Shown: positions 52,661 to 63,547 of the stretch, piece by piece
How positions within the stretch are numbered: the stretch's first letter is position 1
Layout: the number at the start of each line of letters is the position of its first letter
DNA from: an uncultured Eubacteriales bacterium
GTDB lineage: Bacteria; Bacillota; Clostridia; Christensenellales; CAG-917
Assembly (NCBI GenBank): GCA_900322215.1
Contig: ONYW01000004.1
Coordinates: forward strand, 1,015 to 65,014
Length of the DNA stretch: 64,000 bases
Direction of reading: 5' to 3'
Made by a program: the position numbers and the translations under genes
The notes under the pieces: model-generated
Told to the model about the DNA's origin: nothing
Seen by the model: only the letters and a program-made list of their open reading frames with translations
The model's database searches: none

Positions 52661-54796
52661 TTATGATTTTGCGATGTCGCCATCTGTGCAATGAATGGCG
52701 TTTGTTCCTGTATTGGTGCTCCAGTTTGAGCCTTTTGAGATCGCCTTCCATTGCGATTTTGTGCCCTTATATGTTATGGATGTCAAACATCTGCAATTAT
52801 AGAAGGCATAACTTCCTATGCTTGTCACACTGTCTGGAATGGTAATGGATGTCAAGTCTGTGCAATCATTGAATGCATTACCTCCTATACTTGTAACGCT
52901 GTCCGGGATGGAAACGGATGTCAAACCGGTGCAACCACTGAATGCACCACTGCCTATGCTTGTCACACTATCTGGAATTATGACGGACGTCAAGCCTGTA
53001 AAATTATGAAATGCTTCAAAAGGTATTGCGTCTACCCATCCAAATTGTATACTATAATCCCCGCCTATCGGACCTGCTGTTGTCAAGCCGTTGCAATTTC
53101 GGAATGCCCAGAATCCTATGCTTGTCACACTGTCTGGAATGGTAATGGATGTCAAGCCTGTGCAATTATTGAATGCACAATCTCCTATACTTGTAACGCT
53201 GTCTGGGATAGTGATGGATGTCAAGCCTCTGCAATCATCAAATGCATAATCTCCTATGCTTGTAACGCTGTCTGGAATAACTGTGTTTTTGTATCCTGCG
53301 ATAAGCGTATTGCTTGCCGTTTCTATGATTGCATTACAGTCATTTCTTGAATCATATACTGTGTTCTTGCCATCTACGATGACGGATGTCAAGCCTGTGC
53401 AACCACTGAATGTACTCCAGTCTATGCTTGTAACGCTGCCGGGGATTGTAATGGACGTCAATCCACTGCATCCATAGAATGCATTACCGCCTATGCTTGT
53501 CACCCCATTGCCGATGGTGACGGATGTCAAACCTGTGCAACCATAGAATGCACTATGTCCTATGCTTGTAACGCTGTCCGGGATGGTGATTGATGTCAAA
53601 CCTGTGCAACCAAAGAATGCTTCTTCTCCTATGCTTGTAACACTGTCTGGGATATCATATTCTTTTAAATCTTTGTTGTTAAAAAACTCGCTATCTTTAA
53701 TCTTGGTTGCTGCGAATTTTGCATAAAGTGTAATATTTTCCAAAGAATCTGTGTCAATTTTGCTGACCAATGTTTCAAAAGTCGGCTCTAAATACCAACC
53801 TTCAAAAACATAATCAGTTTTTGACGCCTCTTTTAAGGTATATATGTTATCTTCAATTGTATATGAAGTAGGATTGGATCTGTTATTTTTGCCACCATTT
53901 AGGTTGTATGTGATTGTATATACAATTATTTCCCACTTTGCGAAAAATTCTTTGTCTCCTATTGATTCTTTAGGAACGGTTGTAATTGCGCTTCCATTCA
54001 AGTCTTCGTTGTCATACCAGCCTTTGAAAGTATAACCGTTTCTTGTCGGTGTTTGCAAGGCAATTTCTGCTCTTCCCGGCTTGTAAGATTCCCTATAAAT
54101 CCCTGTTGAGTTGTCTATGTTTCCGCCATTTAGATTGTAGGTTATAATATATTCTCCGATAATTGTTGGGACATTGACAGATATTTCACCAAAATCATTT
54201 TGTATGACAATCTCTACAGAATTTGAGTTTTCTGTATCACTGGCTTTTGTTGATATATAATAATCCTGTTCAATAATATAACTTCCGTCTGTGTATTCTG
54301 CCTTATATGTAACTTTACCCGTCTTTTTGCCCTTAGTTATACCGCCAGAAATCACAGTGAAATTATTTAATTCTTTATCTTGTTCATCTTCGGATTTGTG
54401 TTTTTTGTCAAAAATAACTTTGACAACTTTATCCGAATTGTCAAAATATATTTCCGTATACTCATACTCCATAGAAGCTTCTTTTTCTTCCAGCTTTTCA
54501 TATTCCGCGTCTATTTTATCTATATCGGCAAAACTGCTTGCGTTTTCAAGCTTTTTATCAAGTGCCTCATACTCTTCTTGCAAAGATTTATAATTCTTCC
54601 CATAGTAATATATGGTAGAACCGTTTTCTTCATCGGGATCTCCCATTGTCGCAAGAACAGTCTTTTTGTCATCTCCTAAATTAATCTTGCTTGCTTTTGA
54701 AGAATTTTTATTGCAACTAACTAAAACAAAACAAATTGCAAATAAACATATTAAAATGCTCAGTAACAAAACGTTTTTCTTTTTCATAGACTGCAC
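52661..54796 (-). CDS. BspA-type leucine-rich-repeat surface lipoprotein with two Listeria-Bacteroides (Flg_new) repeats
   Basis: Lipobox LVSC-NK. Two copies of YxITYNLNGG...Y(T/V)F(K/E)GWY. At least 9 units of IPDSVTSIGxxAFxxCTGLTSITI. AT-rich. Confidence 0.85.
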   Translation of the reverse strand: MQSMKKKNVLLLSILICLFAICFVLVSCNKNSSKASKINLGDDKKTVLATMGDPDEENGSTIYYYGKNYKSLQEEYEALDKKLENASSFADIDKIDAEYEKLEEKEASMEYEYTEIYFDNSDKVVKVIFDKKHKSEDEQDKELNNFTVISGGITKGKKTGKVTYKAEYTDGSYIIEQDYYISTKASDTENSNSVEIVIQNDFGEISVNVPTIIGEYIITYNLNGGNIDNSTGIYRESYKPGRAEIALQTPTRNGYTFKGWYDNEDLNGSAITTVPKESIGDKEFFAKWEIIVYTITYNLNGGKNNRSNPTSYTIEDNIYTLKEASKTDYVFEGWYLEPTFETLVSKIDTDSLENITLYAKFAATKIKDSEFFNNKDLKEYDIPDSVTSIGEEAFFGCTGLTSITIPDSVTSIGHSAFYGCTGLTSVTIGNGVTSIGGNAFYGCSGLTSITIPGSVTSIDWSTFSGCTGLTSVIVDGKNTVYDSRNDCNAIIETASNTLIAGYKNTVIPDSVTSIGDYAFDDCRGLTSITIPDSVTSIGDCAFNNCTGLTSITIPDSVTSIGFWAFRNCNGLTTAGPIGGDYSIQFGWVDAIPFEAFHNFTGLTSVIIPDSVTSIGSGAFSGCTGLTSVSIPDSVTSIGGNAFNDCTDLTSITIPDSVTSIGSYAFYNCRCLTSITYKGTKSQWKAISKGSNWSTNTGTNAIHCTDGDIAKS

Positions 54797-54879
54797 CTCT
54801 TTAAATATCAGCTTAATGTTTTTTATTTATTTTATCTTTGGCTTAAATTTTTTGAAATATTCATCTATCATAATTTTAT

Positions 54880-54924
54880 TATAGAATATTCTATATGTCA
54901 AGACAAAGCCATAGAATAATCTAT
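54880..54924. promoter_or_regulatory. Two candidate operators in the divergent promoter region
   Basis: Perfect 16-bp palindrome TATAGAATATTCTATA at 54880-54895 and the related ATAGAATAATCTAT at 54911-54924, just upstream of the XRE gene. Confidence 0.45.
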
Positions 54925-54933
54925 ACTTAGAGT

Positions 54934-55152
54934 ATGGAAGAAATGGAATTTAGAGAGATTTTGGAAGAATTTTTGATTGAAAAAGGGCTTACGCAAACGG
55001 CGTTTGCGGAGAAAATCGGCGTAAAGCAAAGCCAGGTCAGCGAATGGCTCAAAGGCAAGGCAAAACCCGGTTATGACATTCTCAAACGCATGGCTCTTGC
55101 TTTCAACGTCTCCGCCGATTACTTCCTTGGAATAAAAGAATTTTCAATATAA
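54934..55152 (+). CDS. XRE-family helix-turn-helix transcriptional regulator
   Basis: KGLTQTAFAEKIGVKQSQVSEWLKGKAKPGYDILKRMALAFNVSADYFLG. Confidence 0.85.
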   Translation: MEEMEFREILEEFLIEKGLTQTAFAEKIGVKQSQVSEWLKGKAKPGYDILKRMALAFNVSADYFLGIKEFSI

Positions 55153-55177
55153 AAAGCACTCGTTTGAGTGCTTTTGT

Positions 55178-55612
55178 TTACTTCCCGGAGTAGAACTCGG
55201 TGGTGGTTTGGTTGGATTGGATGAGGACGGAACTTTGGTGGAAGACCTGTATCATCTCATCTGCGGCGGAGTGGACATCGTCGAGCGTCGTGTCGCTGAG
55301 GTAGATGACGAGCGTGTATTCGTTGTAGACGGTGTCGCCGTCTTTCCAACCGCCGTGCGCCTCTTGGATGGTGTAACCGCCGAATTTGTCAAGCAGGATC
55401 TCTTTGAGTTTGGCTTGCGCTTCTTCAGGTGTAAAGACCGGCGTGTTTGTGTCCTTGTCGTTTGTACCGAGGTACAGCACGTATTGGACGTCCTGTTTAG
55501 GTGCTTCCGTCTTGCCACCAAGCGACGTGCAAACTATCGCGATTGCCGCGACTGACAATCCGATTGCCACCGCACATATAATGCTGACTGCAATAATAAG
55601 TTTTTTGTTCAT
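55178..55612 (-). CDS. Membrane-anchored small protein, DUF3574-like
   Basis: N-terminal TM helix. YVLYLGTNDKDTNTPVFTPEEAQAKLKEILLDKFGGYTIQEAHGGWKD resembles the DUF3574 LYFGxxxxxGxxVSxxEWxxF...GxTVxxAxGQW pattern. Confidence 0.4.
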   Translation of the reverse strand: MNKKLIIAVSIICAVAIGLSVAAIAIVCTSLGGKTEAPKQDVQYVLYLGTNDKDTNTPVFTPEEAQAKLKEILLDKFGGYTIQEAHGGWKDGDTVYNEYTLVIYLSDTTLDDVHSAADEMIQVFHQSSVLIQSNQTTTEFYSGK

Positions 55613-55695
55613 TTTATGCCTCTATATGCTTTATATACACTTATTATAATATGATAGCGCAAAGAAATGCAAACAAAAAATAATCGCATGATTCT

Positions 55696-55819
55696 AAAAA
55701 CACACGAGTGAGATGAGATGCTAGGAAGGGCGATTTGTTTGAAAGGAGCGTACTTGAGCGTACGTGACTGCACAAAAAAAGCGACCTGACAACGCAGGTC
55801 GCTCTCTCGTGTGTTTTTT
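55696..55819 (-). repeat. Copy 3 of the roughly 125-nt structured repeat family
   Basis: Boxes GAGCGACCTGCGTTGTCA and CCTAGCATCTCATCTCA. Outer arms AAAAAACACACGAGaGAG / CTCaCTCGTGTGTTTTT. Internal CGTAC-gctcaa-GTACG hairpin. Contains a GCGACCTG-cgttgt-CAGGTCGC stem followed by T7 (55774-55802). Confidence 0.7.
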
Positions 55820-55962
55820 AGTTCATGAGCGGAATGTAAATAAAAAATCGATATTTAGATGCATAACAAGAAAAAACCCACTTTCACAAGCCCTAATGTA
55901 CATGACGTACATGAGATTGGGAAAGTGGGATTTGCCGAAGTTAGGCGCTAAATAGCGCTTTT

Positions 55963-56652
55963 TTATTGCATTCTGTAGACCATCTTAATGGACGGTCCCA
56001 TCGTCGATGCAATGTAAATTGAGCGGAAATATACACCCTTTGCCGCTGCCGGTTTTGCTTTGACGAGTGCTTCCATGAGGGTGCGGAGGTTCTCGGAGAG
56101 TTTCTCTGCGCCGAAGGACGCTTTGCCAAACGGAACGTGGCAGATAGCTTGTTTGTCAACTCTGTACTCAACTTTACCTGCTTTGATGTCCTTGATAGCC
56201 TTTGCGATATCCATAGAGACTGTGCCGCTCTTTGGGTTTGGCATCAAGCCTTTCGGGCCGAGGACTTTACCGAGACGACCGACAACGCCCATCATATCCG
56301 GGGTTGTGACGATGACGTCATAGTCAAACCAGTTTTCTTGTTGAATCTTTTGAACCATTTCGTCTCCGCCGACGAAATCCGCACCGGCTGCTTGGGCTTC
56401 GTCAGCCTTTGCACCCTTTGTGATTGCGAGGACGCGGACAGTTTTACCTGTACCGTTTGGAAGAACGACAACGCCTCTGACTTGTTGGTCTGCGTGGCGT
56501 GGGTCGATACCGAGTTTTACGTGCAATTCTATTGTTTCATCGAATTTGGACTTTGCTGTTTCGACTGCGAGAGCGACTGCTTCTTCGAGTTCGTATGCTT
56601 TGGTCTTGTCGATGAGTTTTTTCGAATCAATATAATGTTTACCGCGTTGCAT
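55963..56652 (-). CDS. rplA: 50S ribosomal protein L1
   Basis: [24 protein letters not shown]. Confidence 0.93.
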   Translation of the reverse strand: MQRGKHYIDSKKLIDKTKAYELEEAVALAVETAKSKFDETIELHVKLGIDPRHADQQVRGVVVLPNGTGKTVRVLAITKGAKADEAQAAGADFVGGDEMVQKIQQENWFDYDVIVTTPDMMGVVGRLGKVLGPKGLMPNPKSGTVSMDIAKAIKDIKAGKVEYRVDKQAICHVPFGKASFGAEKLSENLRTLMEALVKAKPAAAKGVYFRSIYIASTMGPSIKMVYRMQ

Positions 56653-56665
56653 AACCGTACCCTCC

Positions 56666-57091
56666 TTATTCCTCGACCAAAATGCCCATGCTACGTGCTG
56701 TACCTGCGATCATGCTCTTTGCAGATTCAAGGTTTGCAGCGTTGAGATCAGGCATCTTCATCTCTGCGATCTTCTCCAAATCTGCTTTCTTGAGAGTTGC
56801 GACCTTTTGCTTGTTCGGGACAGCGGAAGCGCTCTCGAGACCGCATGCCTTCTTGATAAGGACCGGCGCGGGCGGAGTTTTGAGAACGAACGTGAATGAA
56901 CGATCTTGATAGATTGTGATGATGACAGGAATAATCAAGCCGGCATCTTTTGATGTTCTTTCATTGAAATCTTTTGTAAATGCAGCGATATTGATACCGT
57001 GAGGACCAAGAGAAGAACCTACTGGTGGACCAGGGGTTGCTTTGCCTGCCGGTAACTGCAATTTTACAACTGCTGTAATTTTCTTAGCCAT
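56666..57091 (-). CDS. rplK: 50S ribosomal protein L11
   Basis: [26 protein letters not shown]. Confidence 0.93.
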   Translation of the reverse strand: MAKKITAVVKLQLPAGKATPGPPVGSSLGPHGINIAAFTKDFNERTSKDAGLIIPVIITIYQDRSFTFVLKTPPAPVLIKKACGLESASAVPNKQKVATLKKADLEKIAEMKMPDLNAANLESAKSMIAGTARSMGILVEE

Positions 57092-57195
57092 ATATCCTCC
57101 TGACTAATGTGGTTTTGCGACGGTATGAGATAGATTTGCCGTCTCCCACGAGGTTTATAGTCTCCCGACTTGCACCCTGTAGGTGCGTGAAAGAA

Positions 57196-57723
57196 TTACA
57201 ATTTTTCGACTTGCGAAAAATCGAGTTCGACCGGTGTTTGTCTGCCGAACATAGAGACGATGACTTTGACCTTTTGACGCTCTGCGCTGATAGAATCCAC
57301 GACACCGAGGAAGTTTTCGAGCGCGCCGTTGACAACCTTGACGTCGTCGCCCGGCTTGATGTCGAAATCCTCAATGGTTACGACTTCGAGTCCCATACGC
57401 TTAACTTCTTCTTCCGTGAGAGGAAGCGGATGTCCCGCAGGTCCGACGAAGCCCGTGACACCACGAGTTTGCGTCACCATAAACCAAATATGGTTGGTGT
57501 AGATCATCTTGATGAAAACATAACTCGGGAACTTCTTGCGTTGGATTTGTTTTTTCTTGCCGTTTCTTTCGACAATATCGTCCTCAACGGGGATTTTCAC
57601 GTCGAAGATATAATCCTGCAAACTGTTGTTCTCGACCATGTTGCGAAGGTTGTTCTCCACTGTTGACTCATAGCCCGAGTACGTGTGAATAACATACCAA
57701 AGTGGTTGTTGCGTATTTTCCAT
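57196..57723 (-). CDS. nusG: Transcription termination/antitermination factor NusG
   Basis: Start at MENTQQPLWYVIHTYSGYE. C-terminal KOW motif with GDDVKVVNGALENFLGVV. Confidence 0.9.
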   Translation of the reverse strand: MENTQQPLWYVIHTYSGYESTVENNLRNMVENNSLQDYIFDVKIPVEDDIVERNGKKKQIQRKKFPSYVFIKMIYTNHIWFMVTQTRGVTGFVGPAGHPLPLTEEEVKRMGLEVVTIEDFDIKPGDDVKVVNGALENFLGVVDSISAERQKVKVIVSMFGRQTPVELDFSQVEKL

Positions 57724-57733
57724 AAAAGCCCTC

Positions 57734-58123
57734 TCAGATGAAGATTGTCGCCCACTTGCCGTCGACGATAAGTCCAAGCAAACCTGCAAGTACGTAGTCA
57801 ATTATGAACAAAACGACAAAGAAGAGTACGACAACGACAAGAACGACCGTCGTGTTCTTCAAAACGTCTTTGCCCTTCAACCACGTAACCTTTTTCAGTT
57901 CTGAAAAGACGCTCTTGAGCCATCTGCCGAATCTCTTGAAAGGATTTGGCTTCTTTTCTTGAGCGGGACTGTTTTTCTTCGCTGAATTTTTGGCTTTTTT
58001 AGGCTCGTTTTTTGAGTCAACGTTGACCGCCGCTTTTTCGGGAGCCTTCGGGGCTTCTTGCGTCGGTTCTTGTTGAGCCGCATTTACGGTTGAGGATTTG
58101 GTGTTAGGCTTTTTCTTTGCCAT
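57734..58123 (-). CDS. secE: Preprotein translocase subunit SecE with a Lys/Pro-rich N-terminal extension
   Basis: C-terminal ELKKVTWLKGKDVLKNTTVVLVVVVLFFVVLFIID, preceded by about 70 aa of low-complexity basic sequence. Confidence 0.8.
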   Translation of the reverse strand: MAKKKPNTKSSTVNAAQQEPTQEAPKAPEKAAVNVDSKNEPKKAKNSAKKNSPAQEKKPNPFKRFGRWLKSVFSELKKVTWLKGKDVLKNTTVVLVVVVLFFVVLFIIDYVLAGLLGLIVDGKWATIFI

Positions 58124-58141
58124 ATTGCCTCCTAGCCTATC

Positions 58142-58306
58142 TTACTTTGTTTCTCTGTGCAAAGTGTGTTTTTTGCAGAATCTGCAATACTTGTTAAGTT
58201 CCAGTCTATCTGGATGCTTTTGTTTGTTTTTAGTAATGTTGTAGTTTCTTTGTTTGCACTCTGTGCAGGAAAGTACAATCTTTACTCTTGCTCCTTTTTG
58301 AGCCAT
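58142..58306 (-). CDS. rpmG: 50S ribosomal protein L33
   Basis: Not in the ORF track (54 aa). My translation is [62 protein letters not shown]. Confidence 0.9.
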   Translation of the reverse strand: MAQKGARVKIVLSCTECKQRNYNITKNKQKHPDRLELNKYCRFCKKHTLHRETK

Positions 58307-58401
58307 AGTAGCCTCCTTTTTGTCGTTTCAACGCAAACGTACACCCCCGCGTGGCAAAAACGCCACGCGGAGCATATCGTTATATATTATTGAAAGAACA
58401 A

Positions 58402-59607
58402 TTATTCGATAATCTTTGCGACAACGCCAGAACCAACTGTTCTGCCGCCTTCACGGATAGCGAAACGGAGACCTTCTTCGATAGCGATAGGAGTGATAAG
58501 TGTGATTTCCATATCGATATGGTCACCAGGCATAACCATTTCTACGCCTGCCGGCAACTTGATGGTACCTGTAACGTCTGTTGTTCTGAAGTAGAATTGC
58601 GGACGATATCCATCAAAGAACGGTGTGTGACGGCCACCTTCATCTTTCGTCAAGACGTAAACTTGGCTGGTGAAGTGTGTGTGTGGATGGATTGAACCCG
58701 GTTTTGCAAGAACTTGACCACGTTCGATTTCGTTTCTTTGGATACCACGGAGCAATGCACCGATGTTATCGCCGCCCTCTGCGAAGTCAAGGAGTTTACG
58801 GAACATTTCGATACCCGTAACCGTTGTTTCTTTCTTTTCATCGGAAAGACCAACGATTTCGACCTTGTCGCCGAGTTTCAAAATACCACGCTCAACTCTA
58901 CCTGTTGCGACTGTACCACGACCTGTGATCGTGAAGACGTCTTCAACCGGCATAAGGAATGGCTTATCTGTGTCTCTTTGCGGATCCGGGATATAGCTGT
59001 CAACTGCGTCAAGGAGTTCTTGAATCGGTTTGAAAGCCGGGCTGTCCCAGTCGCCTGCAAGACCTGCTTCCATAGCGAGAAGTGCAGAACCACGGATGAT
59101 TGGCGTGTCGTCTCCAGGGAAACCATATTCGTTCAAGAGTTCACGAACTTCCATTTCGACAAGTTCAAGGAGTTCTTCGTCGTCGACTTGGTCACACTTG
59201 TTGAGGAAGACGAGGATGTAAGGAACACCGACCTGACGTGCGAGCAAGATGTGCTCACGTGTTTGAGGCATAGGACCGTCGGATGCTGCAACAACGAGGA
59301 TAGCGCCGTCCATTTGAGCAGCACCGGTGATCATGTTCTTAACATAGTCCGCGTGGCCCGGGCAGTCAACGTGTGCATAGTGACGTTTTTCTGTCTCGTA
59401 CTCAACGTGTGCTGTGTTGATCGTGATTCCTCTTGCTTTCTCTTCTGGAGCCTTATCGATTTCGTCGTACTTCATTTGTTGAGCTCTGCCCTTTGAAGCA
59501 CTGTACATCGTAATTGCTGCGGTAAGAGTTGTCTTGCCGTGGTCAACGTGGCCGATAGTACCAATGTTAACGTGCGGTTTAGTTCTTTCAAACTTTGCTT
59601 TTGCCAT
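58402..59607 (-). CDS. tuf: Elongation factor Tu
   Basis: [18 protein letters not shown] and NKCD. Full length, 401 aa. Confidence 0.97.
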   Translation of the reverse strand: MAKAKFERTKPHVNIGTIGHVDHGKTTLTAAITMYSASKGRAQQMKYDEIDKAPEEKARGITINTAHVEYETEKRHYAHVDCPGHADYVKNMITGAAQMDGAILVVAASDGPMPQTREHILLARQVGVPYILVFLNKCDQVDDEELLELVEMEVRELLNEYGFPGDDTPIIRGSALLAMEAGLAGDWDSPAFKPIQELLDAVDSYIPDPQRDTDKPFLMPVEDVFTITGRGTVATGRVERGILKLGDKVEIVGLSDEKKETTVTGIEMFRKLLDFAEGGDNIGALLRGIQRNEIERGQVLAKPGSIHPHTHFTSQVYVLTKDEGGRHTPFFDGYRPQFYFRTTDVTGTIKLPAGVEMVMPGDHIDMEITLITPIAIEEGLRFAIREGGRTVGSGVVAKIIE

Positions 59608-59701
59608 ACTGAAATTCCTCCAATATTTTGTTTTGGTTTTTTGGTTTTTTGTTTTATATCTTCAAAGTAGTTTCTATATTATATAATAACAATATATACG
59701 C

Positions 59702-61795
59702 TTACTTTTGAGATGCTTTTTTCACGTCGCCGATGATCTTTTCGCCGACCGTCTTAGGAACGGGCGCATAGTGATCGAACAACATTGTGAAGTTTGCTCT
59801 GCCCTGCGTTATGCTTCTGAGTGACGTCGCATAACCGAACATTTCGGAGAGTGGCACGTCGCTGTCGACAACCTGCGCTCCGCTTCTTTGATCAATGCCC
59901 TTGACGGAGCCTCTACGCGAGTTGAGGTTGCTCATAACGTCGCCGAGGTAATCGTCCGGAGTGTTGATTTCGACTTTCATGATAGGCTCGAGGAGGATCG
60001 CTCCCGCCTTTGCCGCCGCTTCCTTGAAAGCCATAGATCCTGCAATCTTGAACGCCATTTCGGAGCTGTCGACTTCGTGCATGCTGCCGTCTACGAGTCT
60101 GACCTTGAAGTCTACGCACTCATAGCCCGCAACGATACCGCTTTGCGCCGCTTCCTTGATGCCTTCCCAAGCCGCGTTTGCAAACTCTTTGTTCACGACG
60201 CCGCCCACGATGCAGTTTTCCATTTCAAGACCTTTCTCGGGATTCGGTTCGATTTCGATGACGATATGTCCGTATTGACCGTGACCGCCCGATTGTCTGA
60301 CAAACTTGCCTTCCGCTCTCGCAGGTTTCGTGATAGTTTCACGATAGCTGACTTGCGGTTTGCCGACGTTTGCTTCGACCTTGAACTCTCTGAACATTCT
60401 GTCCACGATGATATCGAGGTGAAGTTCGCCCATACCTGCGATGATCGTTTGACCCGTTTCCTTGTCCGTGTAAGCCTTGAACGTAGGATCTTCTTCTTGA
60501 AGTTTGATGATAGCCATGTTCATTCTCTCTTGAGAGGCTTTTGACTTTGGTTCAATAGCCACTTTGATAACAGGATCCGGGAAGACCATGTTTTCGAGAA
60601 TGATTTGACGGCTCTTATCCGAAAGCGTATCGCCCGTCGTGCTCTTTTTGAGACCGATGACCGCAACGATGTCGCCCGCATACGCCTCTTCCATATCCTC
60701 GCGGTTGTCCGCGTTCATACGGAGGATTCTGCCGATTCTTTCGTTTTCGCCCTTCACCGTGTTGTACACGACGCTACCCGTTGAAAGAGTTCCCGAATAA
60801 ATACGAATGAAGGAAAGTTTTCCGACGTATTCGTCCGTGAGAATCTTGAACACGAGTGCCGAGAAAGGCTCGTTGTCGCCCGGGTGACGGAGTTCCGTCT
60901 CGCCGTTTCTCGGGTTTATACCCTCGATACTTGCGACGTCCGTCGGCGCCGGCAAGAAGTCTACCACCGCGTCGAGCATAAGTTGTACGCCCGTATTGTG
61001 ATATGAACTTCCGCAGAGGACCGGGTTCATCTTCATCTCTATCGTACCCTTTCTGATTGCCTTTTTGAGTTGGTCGAGGGTGACCGAGTCGTAATCTTCC
61101 ATGATGAGTTTTTCAAAGATATCCTCATCGAAGTCCGCCGCCGCTTCCAAAACTTTCAACCTGTACTCTTTTGCAAGGTCAAGCATGTTCGCAGGGATTT
61201 CCTTCTCATAGACCGTGACGCCCTTGTCCTTTTGATCGTAGTAGAGGGCTTTCATTGTGAGCAAGTCGATGACTCCCTCAAAATCGCTCTCTTTTCCGAT
61301 CGGCAATGCGATAGGTACCGCGTTTGCACCGAGACGTTCTTTCATCATTTCAACCGCGCCGAAGAAGTTCGCGCCGTTGATGTCCATCTTGTTTACAAAT
61401 GCGATTCTCGGAACTTTGTAGGTGTTTGCCTGTCTCCAAACGTTTTCGGACTGAGGCTCGACACCGCCCTTTGCACAAAATACAGCGACTGCACCGTCAA
61501 GGACTCTCAAACTTCTTTCGACTTCGACCGTAAAGTCAACGTGACCCGGCGTGTCGATGATGTTGATTTGATGTCCTTTCCACACTGCTGTCGTTGCCGC
61601 AGACGTGATGGTGATGCCTCTTTCTCTCTCCTGCTCCATATAGTCCATGGTCGCGGAGCCGTCGTGAGTCTCACCGAGTTTGCGGTTGACGCCCGTGTAG
61701 TACAAAATACGCTCGGTTGTTGTGGTCTTTCCTGCATCGATGTGAGCCATGATGCCGATATTCCTCACCTTATCAAGAGCATATTGTCTACTCAT
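59702..61795 (-). CDS. fusA: Elongation factor G
   Basis: Start at [35 protein letters not shown]. Confidence 0.95.
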   Translation of the reverse strand: MSRQYALDKVRNIGIMAHIDAGKTTTTERILYYTGVNRKLGETHDGSATMDYMEQERERGITITSAATTAVWKGHQINIIDTPGHVDFTVEVERSLRVLDGAVAVFCAKGGVEPQSENVWRQANTYKVPRIAFVNKMDINGANFFGAVEMMKERLGANAVPIALPIGKESDFEGVIDLLTMKALYYDQKDKGVTVYEKEIPANMLDLAKEYRLKVLEAAADFDEDIFEKLIMEDYDSVTLDQLKKAIRKGTIEMKMNPVLCGSSYHNTGVQLMLDAVVDFLPAPTDVASIEGINPRNGETELRHPGDNEPFSALVFKILTDEYVGKLSFIRIYSGTLSTGSVVYNTVKGENERIGRILRMNADNREDMEEAYAGDIVAVIGLKKSTTGDTLSDKSRQIILENMVFPDPVIKVAIEPKSKASQERMNMAIIKLQEEDPTFKAYTDKETGQTIIAGMGELHLDIIVDRMFREFKVEANVGKPQVSYRETITKPARAEGKFVRQSGGHGQYGHIVIEIEPNPEKGLEMENCIVGGVVNKEFANAAWEGIKEAAQSGIVAGYECVDFKVRLVDGSMHEVDSSEMAFKIAGSMAFKEAAAKAGAILLEPIMKVEINTPDDYLGDVMSNLNSRRGSVKGIDQRSGAQVVDSDVPLSEMFGYATSLRSITQGRANFTMLFDHYAPVPKTVGEKIIGDVKKASQK

Positions 61796-61797
61796 CG

Positions 61798-62268
61798 TTA
61801 CCACCTATAATGTGCAAATGCCTTGTTCGCTTCTGCCGCTCTGTGCATTTCTTCTTTTCTCTTGACTGCGCCGCCCGTCATGTTGAATGCGTCCATAAGT
61901 TCGCCTGCGAGTCTTTCTTTCATGGTCTTTTCACCACGCTTGCTTGCGAAGAGAACGATCCAGCGGATTGCGAGTGTTTGTCTTCTTTCGGGACGAATCT
62001 CCATCGGGACTTGGTATGTTGAACCGCCGACGCGTCTTGCTTTGACTTCAAGAACAGGTTTTGCGTTTTCAAGTGCCTTTTCAAAAACATCCATTGGAGC
62101 TTGTCCGAGTTTTGTTGATGCTATTTCAAATGCCTCATAGACGATCGTTTGAGCAGTGCCCTTCTTTCCGTCTTGCATGACTTGGTTGATGAGCTTTGTC
62201 ACAACCTTGCTGCCATACACCGGATCCGGCAAAACGTCTCTTTTTGGCACGCCATTTCTTCTTGGCAT
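61798..62268 (-). CDS. rpsG: 30S ribosomal protein S7
   Basis: [20 protein letters not shown]... Confidence 0.95.
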   Translation of the reverse strand: MPRRNGVPKRDVLPDPVYGSKVVTKLINQVMQDGKKGTAQTIVYEAFEIASTKLGQAPMDVFEKALENAKPVLEVKARRVGGSTYQVPMEIRPERRQTLAIRWIVLFASKRGEKTMKERLAGELMDAFNMTGGAVKRKEEMHRAAEANKAFAHYRW

Positions 62269-62302
62269 AATTACCTCCTAAAATTGTACATTCGAAAATT
62301 GA

Positions 62303-62677
62303 TTATTTCTTTGGGCGTTTCGCACCGTATTTGCTTCTTGCTTGACCGCGTTTTGCAACGCCTGCCGTATCAAGAGCGCCACGGATGATATGATAACGCA
62401 CACCTGGCAAATCCTTGACTCTGCCGCCTCTGATAAGAACAACGCTGTGCTCTTGGAGATTGTGACCTTCGCCCGGGATATAAACAGTACCCTCCATACC
62501 ATTGACAAGACGGACTCTTGCGATCTTACGCAAAGCGGAGTTCGGCTTCTTTGGTGAGGTCGTCGTAACGCTAAGGCAAATACCGCGCTTTTGCGGGCAT
62601 TGTTCCATGATAGGCGTTTGTGACTTTTTGACCTGTCTTTCTCTGCCATTTCTGATAAGTTGATTGATGGTTGGCAT
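62303..62677 (-). CDS. rpsL: 30S ribosomal protein S12
   Basis: Start at [22 protein letters not shown] motif. Confidence 0.95.
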   Translation of the reverse strand: MPTINQLIRNGRERQVKKSQTPIMEQCPQKRGICLSVTTTSPKKPNSALRKIARVRLVNGMEGTVYIPGEGHNLQEHSVVLIRGGRVKDLPGVRYHIIRGALDTAGVAKRGQARSKYGAKRPKK

Positions 62678-62911
62678 TATTGTTCCTCCTGTAAGAATTT
62701 TCGAATGCAACTGCAACCCAACAGGTGCATTTCAGACTTCTATTCCGACCCCGCCATCGTACACCCTGAACAGCGACACCGGATATCCCCTTTCAAAACC
62801 CGTTTAGATGAGACGACTTTTGAAAAGTTTGAAAGCAAATTGTGAGTTTTCAAATTTCGCCTGAAAAAATTTGCGCAATTTAAAAACTGCTTACGACTCG
62901 TAAGCCCTATC

Positions 62912-62940
62912 ATATTAACAATTAAAACCCCCAATGTCAA
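62912..62940 (-). promoter_or_regulatory. Sigma-A-type promoter of the rpsL-rpsG-fusA-tuf operon
   Basis: In minus sense, TTGACA (62940-62935), a 17-nt spacer, then TAATAT (62917-62912). This leaves a roughly 230-nt leader that begins with the hairpin GCTTACGA-gt-CGTAAGC. Confidence 0.55.
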
Positions 62941-63042
62941 ACGCTTGACGAAAAAAACTTAAAAAATTTTATTTATATAATAAATATAACAATATCTTGT
63001 GGCGCGCACTTATATGCGAGGCACAAGGCTGCGACTTTTTAG

Positions 63043-63068
63043 TGAGGAATGAGGAATGAGGAATGAGG
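63043..63068. repeat. Heptamer microsatellite (TGAGGAA) x3.7
   Basis: TGAGGAATGAGGAATGAGGAATGAGG, followed by degenerate copies (cgTTAGGAAttaTGGAAGAATGAAtc). Confidence 0.85.
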
Positions 63069-63547
63069 CGTTAGGAATTATGGAAGAATGAATCTTCGTT
63101 TGTTTTTGCCGTCATTTCGAGCGAAGTCGAGAAATCCCACTTGTAAAGACGTGTGGTGCTCTCACGGGGTGTACGTTGAGCTACTCTAAATAAAGTTTTC
63201 CCATCTCCTTCGTATGGTTCTTCCCACCGCGAATGTACCGAACACAAGTCAAAATGCTTAGTTTATGGAAAATGATATTGTCGCATTTTGACCTTGCTAT
63301 TCTCTACAAGACTGTATACCCGCTTCGGGAAGCACCGTCGGTGCCCTCAAAAAGTATCGTTCACTCATTATGTCACGCCTCTTTGGGCGAAATAAAACGG
63401 AGCCTCGCCGTCGAGGCGTACTGCATATCAGTCGGGACACACTCACGCGGTCGTCGCCGCTGCGACTCCAATTCCGTCTTCGAAAGAGTGAGTTAGAACT
63501 CCAGCAGGTCTTCGAACAGCTGACGTGAAATTTCATTTTTCCTCAAC

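Noticed and set aside
52750-53650. Regular roughly 69-nt nucleotide periodicity that could be mistaken for a CRISPR-like array
   Set aside because: It lies inside a long open reading frame and encodes 23-aa leucine-rich repeats (IPDSVTSIGxxAFxxCTGLTSITI). There is no repeat-spacer structure.
63100-63540. Tested by eye for RNase P RNA, tmRNA and SRP RNA on both strands
   Set aside because: None of the hallmark motifs was found: no GAGGAAAGTCC-type P4 for RNase P, no GGTTCGAATCC...CCACCA end or tag ORF for tmRNA, and no GGAAG/AGCAGC domain IV for SRP RNA. The region is kept only as an unexplained structured non-coding stretch.
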